10,193 bases of DNA from Abditibacteriaceae bacterium (GTDB lineage: Bacteria; Armatimonadota; Abditibacteriia; Abditibacteriales; Abditibacteriaceae): positions 1 through 10,193 of the forward strand of contig JANMKN010000055.1 in NCBI GenBank assembly GCA_031372065.1, read 5' to 3'. Shown here piece after piece: positions 6,991-10,193 of this stretch. The position numbers and the translations under genes are program-made. How positions within the stretch are numbered: the stretch's first letter is position 1; every line of letters starts with the position of its first letter. The notes under the pieces are model-generated. The model ran no database searches, had not been told where the DNA came from, and saw only the letters and a program-made list of their open reading frames with translations.

Positions 6991-8019
6991 ATGACCTTCA
7001 ATGTAGATTCTGCCTTGCGCGCTGTTACATCGGGCGAAACTTTGAGCGCCGAACAAGCGCAGGGTGCGATGAGCGACATCATGGATGGAAACTCGTCGGC
7101 GCTGCAAATTGCGGCGATGATAGGCGCCTTGCGAATGCGCGGCGAAACCATCGAAGAAATTGCCGGTTTCGCACAGGCTATGCGCCAGCGTGTCATCAAA
7201 GTTCCGGCCCAAAGCGCGCATTTAGTGGACACTTGTGGCACTGGCGGCGATAGCCCAAAGCACGGTCACAGCACCTTTAATGTTTCGACAGCGGCCAGTT
7301 TTATCGCGGCGGGCGCGGGCGCGACGATTGCCAAACACGGCAATCGCGCCATGAGCAGTCAATGCGGCAGCGCCGATGTTTTGGAAGCGCTGGGCGTGAA
7401 TTTGAACGTTGCGCCCGAAAAAATCGCGTCTTGCATTGACGAAGTGGGCATTGGTTTCATGTTCGCCCAAGCGCACCATCCTGCGATGAAAAACGTGGCG
7501 CCGATTCGCCGCGAATTGAAAATTCGCACCATTTTTAATTTGCTCGGCCCGCTGACCAATCCGGCAGGCGCGCAATCGCAAGTGATGGGCGTTTCGGATG
7601 CGCGCTGGCTGCGTCCGATTGCCGAAGTTTTGCATTTGCTGGGCACTAAACACGCAATTGTGGCGCATTCGGACGATGGTTTAGACGAGTTTTCAACGTG
7701 CGCGCCGACGCATTATGTCGAAGTCGAAAACGGGCATTTTCACGAAGGCACCGTTTTGCCGCACGAGTTGGGTTGCGCTTGTGCCCTGCCCGACTCACTC
7801 AAAGGCGGCGATGCGGCAACCAACGCGCGCATTATCCGTGATTTGCTGCAAAATGGACAAGGTGCGCCCGCCGATTTAGCCTGCTTAAATGCCGCTGCTA
7901 TTTTGAAAGCCGCCAATTTAGCGGGCGATTTTTCCGAAGGTCTGGAAAAATCCCGCGCCGCCATTCGCAGCGGTAAAGCGCTGGAAAAACTCGAAAAACT
8001 GATTGAATTTACGAATTAG
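6991..8019 (+). CDS. trpD: Anthranilate phosphoribosyltransferase
   Basis: DTCGTGGD, TFNVST, KHGNRAMSSQCGSADVLEALG, FNLLGPLTNPA, DGLDE. Confidence 0.97.
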   Translation: MTFNVDSALRAVTSGETLSAEQAQGAMSDIMDGNSSALQIAAMIGALRMRGETIEEIAGFAQAMRQRVIKVPAQSAHLVDTCGTGGDSPKHGHSTFNVSTAASFIAAGAGATIAKHGNRAMSSQCGSADVLEALGVNLNVAPEKIASCIDEVGIGFMFAQAHHPAMKNVAPIRRELKIRTIFNLLGPLTNPAGAQSQVMGVSDARWLRPIAEVLHLLGTKHAIVAHSDDGLDEFSTCAPTHYVEVENGHFHEGTVLPHELGCACALPDSLKGGDAATNARIIRDLLQNGQGAPADLACLNAAAILKAANLAGDFSEGLEKSRAAIRSGKALEKLEKLIEFTN

Positions 8020-8049
8020 TTGCTTGTTATTTATTTGCTCACTAACCAA

Positions 8050-8823
8050 ATGATTCTCGACAAAATCGTCGCCGCCACAAAAGAACGCATCGCGCGCGAC
8101 AAAGAACAAATTTCCCTCTTAAAACTCGAAGCGATGTTGCCGCACGAGGCGCCGCGCCCGTTTGCTGCGGCTTTGAAACATGATACCCGGCTCGGATTGA
8201 TCGCGGAAATTAAGAAAGCCTCGCCCAGCAAAGGCATTATTGCGCCGGACTTCGATCATCGCAAAATGGCGGAACTCTATCGCGATTCGCCCGCCGATTG
8301 CCTGAGCGTTTTAACCGAACCGCAATTTTTCCAAGGCGAGTTGCAATATCTGCGCGACGCGCGGCAAATTAGCGGCAAGCCGTGTTTGCGCAAGGATTTC
8401 ATCATTGATGAATATCAAGTCGCGCAAGCGCGTTTATTCGGCGCAGATTGCATTTTGCTGATCGTCGCCATTCTCAAAGATTGGGAAATTCGCCAACTCA
8501 AAGCCGCCTCCAAGCGTTTTGGCATGGATGCCCTTGTAGAAATTCACGACGAAACCGAAGCCAAACGCGCCATCGCCAACGGCTGCCAATTTATCGGCAT
8601 CAACAACCGCAACCTGCAAACGTTTGAAGTGGATTTAGCCACAACCGAAAAACTGCGCCCTTTTTTGCCGACTGATGCCATCATCGTCGCCGAAAGCGGC
8701 GTTTTTACTAATGAGGACGCCAAACGATTGCGTAACGCTGGCTGCGACGCGCTTTTAGTCGGCGAAAGCCTGATGCGAAGTGAAAATCCGTCAGTAGTAA
8801 TGGACAAATTTTTGAAGAATTAA
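8050..8823 (+). CDS. trpC: Indole-3-glycerol phosphate synthase (monofunctional, no TrpF fusion)
   Basis: Start MILDKIV at ATG 8050. Motifs [43 protein letters not shown]. Confidence 0.97.
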   Translation: MILDKIVAATKERIARDKEQISLLKLEAMLPHEAPRPFAAALKHDTRLGLIAEIKKASPSKGIIAPDFDHRKMAELYRDSPADCLSVLTEPQFFQGELQYLRDARQISGKPCLRKDFIIDEYQVAQARLFGADCILLIVAILKDWEIRQLKAASKRFGMDALVEIHDETEAKRAIANGCQFIGINNRNLQTFEVDLATTEKLRPFLPTDAIIVAESGVFTNEDAKRLRNAGCDALLVGESLMRSENPSVVMDKFLKN

Positions 8824-8824
8824 A

Positions 8825-10054
8825 ATGACGACTGAAATTTTAGCCTCTGCCGTTGAACAACAAATGCACACGTCCACGCCGGGCCATTTTGGGCCGTATG
8901 GAGGGCAATTCGCGCCGGAAACTTTGATGGTGGCATTGCGCGAAATAGAAGACGTTTACAACAAGGCCAAGCATGACAAGGCGTTTCAAGCCGAACTTGC
9001 GGGCCTTTTGCGCGATTTCGCCGGACGCCCCACGCCGCTTTATTTCGCCGAGCGCCTGACAGAGCATTACGGCGGCGCGCAGATTTATCTCAAGCGCGAA
9101 GATTTGCTGCATACCGGAGCGCATAAAATTAACAACGCGCTCGGCCAAGCGCTCTTGGCAAAACGCATGGGCAAACCGCGTCTGATTGCCGAAACCGGCG
9201 CCGGTCAGCATGGCGTGGCAACAGCCACAGTCGCGGCGCGTTTTGGCTTTTCGTGCGATGTTTACATGGGCGAGGAAGACACCGTGCGCCAAGCGCTCAA
9301 CGTTTTTCGGATGCGTTTGCTCGGCGCCAAAGTGATTCCCGTTACCAGCGGCACCAAAACACTAAAAGACGCTACCAATGAAGCAATGCGCGACTGGGTA
9401 ACCAATGTGCGTGACACGCATTACATCATTGGCAGCGTAGTCGGGCCGCATCCGTTTCCGGTCATGGTGCGCGATTTCCATGCGGTGACGGGTCAGGAAG
9501 CGCGCCAGCAAATTCAAGAAATGGTGGGCCGCTTGCCCGATGTTTGTGTCGCCTGCGTCGGTGGCGGGTCAAACGCGATGGGCCTATTTTATCCGTTTAT
9601 CGAAGACAAAAACGTGCAGCTTATCGGCGTTGAAGCAGCGGGCGAAGGTTTAGATACGCCGAACCACGCAGCGCCCTTAAATCGCGGCTCCAAAGGCGTT
9701 TTGCATGGTTCGCTGTCATATATCATGCAAGACAAAGCCGGTCAAATCATGCCGACGCATTCGATTTCGGCGGGGTTGGACTATCCCGGCGTCGGGCCGG
9801 AACACGCGCATCTCAAAGATACAGGCCGCGCCCACTATGTCGCGGTGACGGATAAACAAGCGCTCGACGCCTTAGAACTGCTTTGCAAACTCGAAGGCAT
9901 TTTGCCAGCACTCGAAAGCTCGCACGCCTTGGCGCACTTGGAAACTTTGGCGCGCGAAATGGGGCCGGACAAAATTATCGTGGTGAATTTGTCAGGACGT
10001 GGCGATAAAGACGTGAACACCGTGCAAAAAGCGTTGGAAGAACAGAATTTGTGA
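8825..10054 (+). CDS. trpB: Tryptophan synthase beta chain
   Basis: [25 protein letters not shown] (PLP lysine), [37 protein letters not shown]. Confidence 0.98.
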   Translation: MTTEILASAVEQQMHTSTPGHFGPYGGQFAPETLMVALREIEDVYNKAKHDKAFQAELAGLLRDFAGRPTPLYFAERLTEHYGGAQIYLKREDLLHTGAHKINNALGQALLAKRMGKPRLIAETGAGQHGVATATVAARFGFSCDVYMGEEDTVRQALNVFRMRLLGAKVIPVTSGTKTLKDATNEAMRDWVTNVRDTHYIIGSVVGPHPFPVMVRDFHAVTGQEARQQIQEMVGRLPDVCVACVGGGSNAMGLFYPFIEDKNVQLIGVEAAGEGLDTPNHAAPLNRGSKGVLHGSLSYIMQDKAGQIMPTHSISAGLDYPGVGPEHAHLKDTGRAHYVAVTDKQALDALELLCKLEGILPALESSHALAHLETLAREMGPDKIIVVNLSGRGDKDVNTVQKALEEQNL

Positions 10055-10193
10055 AAAGATTACAACAGACTTTTGAAAACCTACGCGCCCGCAATGAGCG
10101 CGCTTTTGTGCCGTTTGTGACGTGTGGCGACCCGGATTTGGTAACGACTAAGGCGCTTTTGCGCGCTTATATCGCGGCGGGCGCCGATATTCT
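10051..10193 (+). CDS. trpA: Tryptophan synthase alpha chain (3'-truncated by window edge; not in ORF track)
   Basis: GTG at 10051 overlaps the trpB stop (GTGA). Translates [47 protein letters not shown], a typical TrpA N-terminus. Confidence 0.93.
   Translation, partial: MKRLQQTFENLRARNERAFVPFVTCGDPDLVTTKALLRAYIAAGADI

Noticed and set aside
8020..8049. TTG 8020 as trpC start
   Set aside because: MILDKI at ATG 8050 is the typical TrpC N-terminus, and the upstream 30 bp look like an AT-rich spacer.

Overview
Bacterial chromosomal window, mostly housekeeping. On +: the 3' part of a LivM-type ABC permease (<1-831), a ~430 bp intergenic region, a Bmp/NupN-family lipoprotein (1262-2287) and a NupO/YufO-type double-domain ABC ATPase (2307-3800) with no permease genes after it. 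A DHA3-like MFS transporter on - converges on the ATPase, sharing a TTAA stop palindrome. A divergent secreted beta-propeller protein follows, ended by a strong intrinsic terminator, then a trp cluster trpG-trpD-trpC-trpB-trpA(partial) lacking trpE and trpF. The one clearly unexplained element is an indel-free array of 13 x 21-bp degenerate tandem repeats (953-1225). It lies between an orphan strong RBS/ATG (852-866) and the lipoprotein start. It reads as an open heptapeptide-repeat ORF on -, and as a heptad frame on + whose only internal stops are TAGs at the Gln (CAG) column. No mobile element, CRISPR/cas or RNA gene could be supported. Lineage cannot be fixed from the sequence alone.
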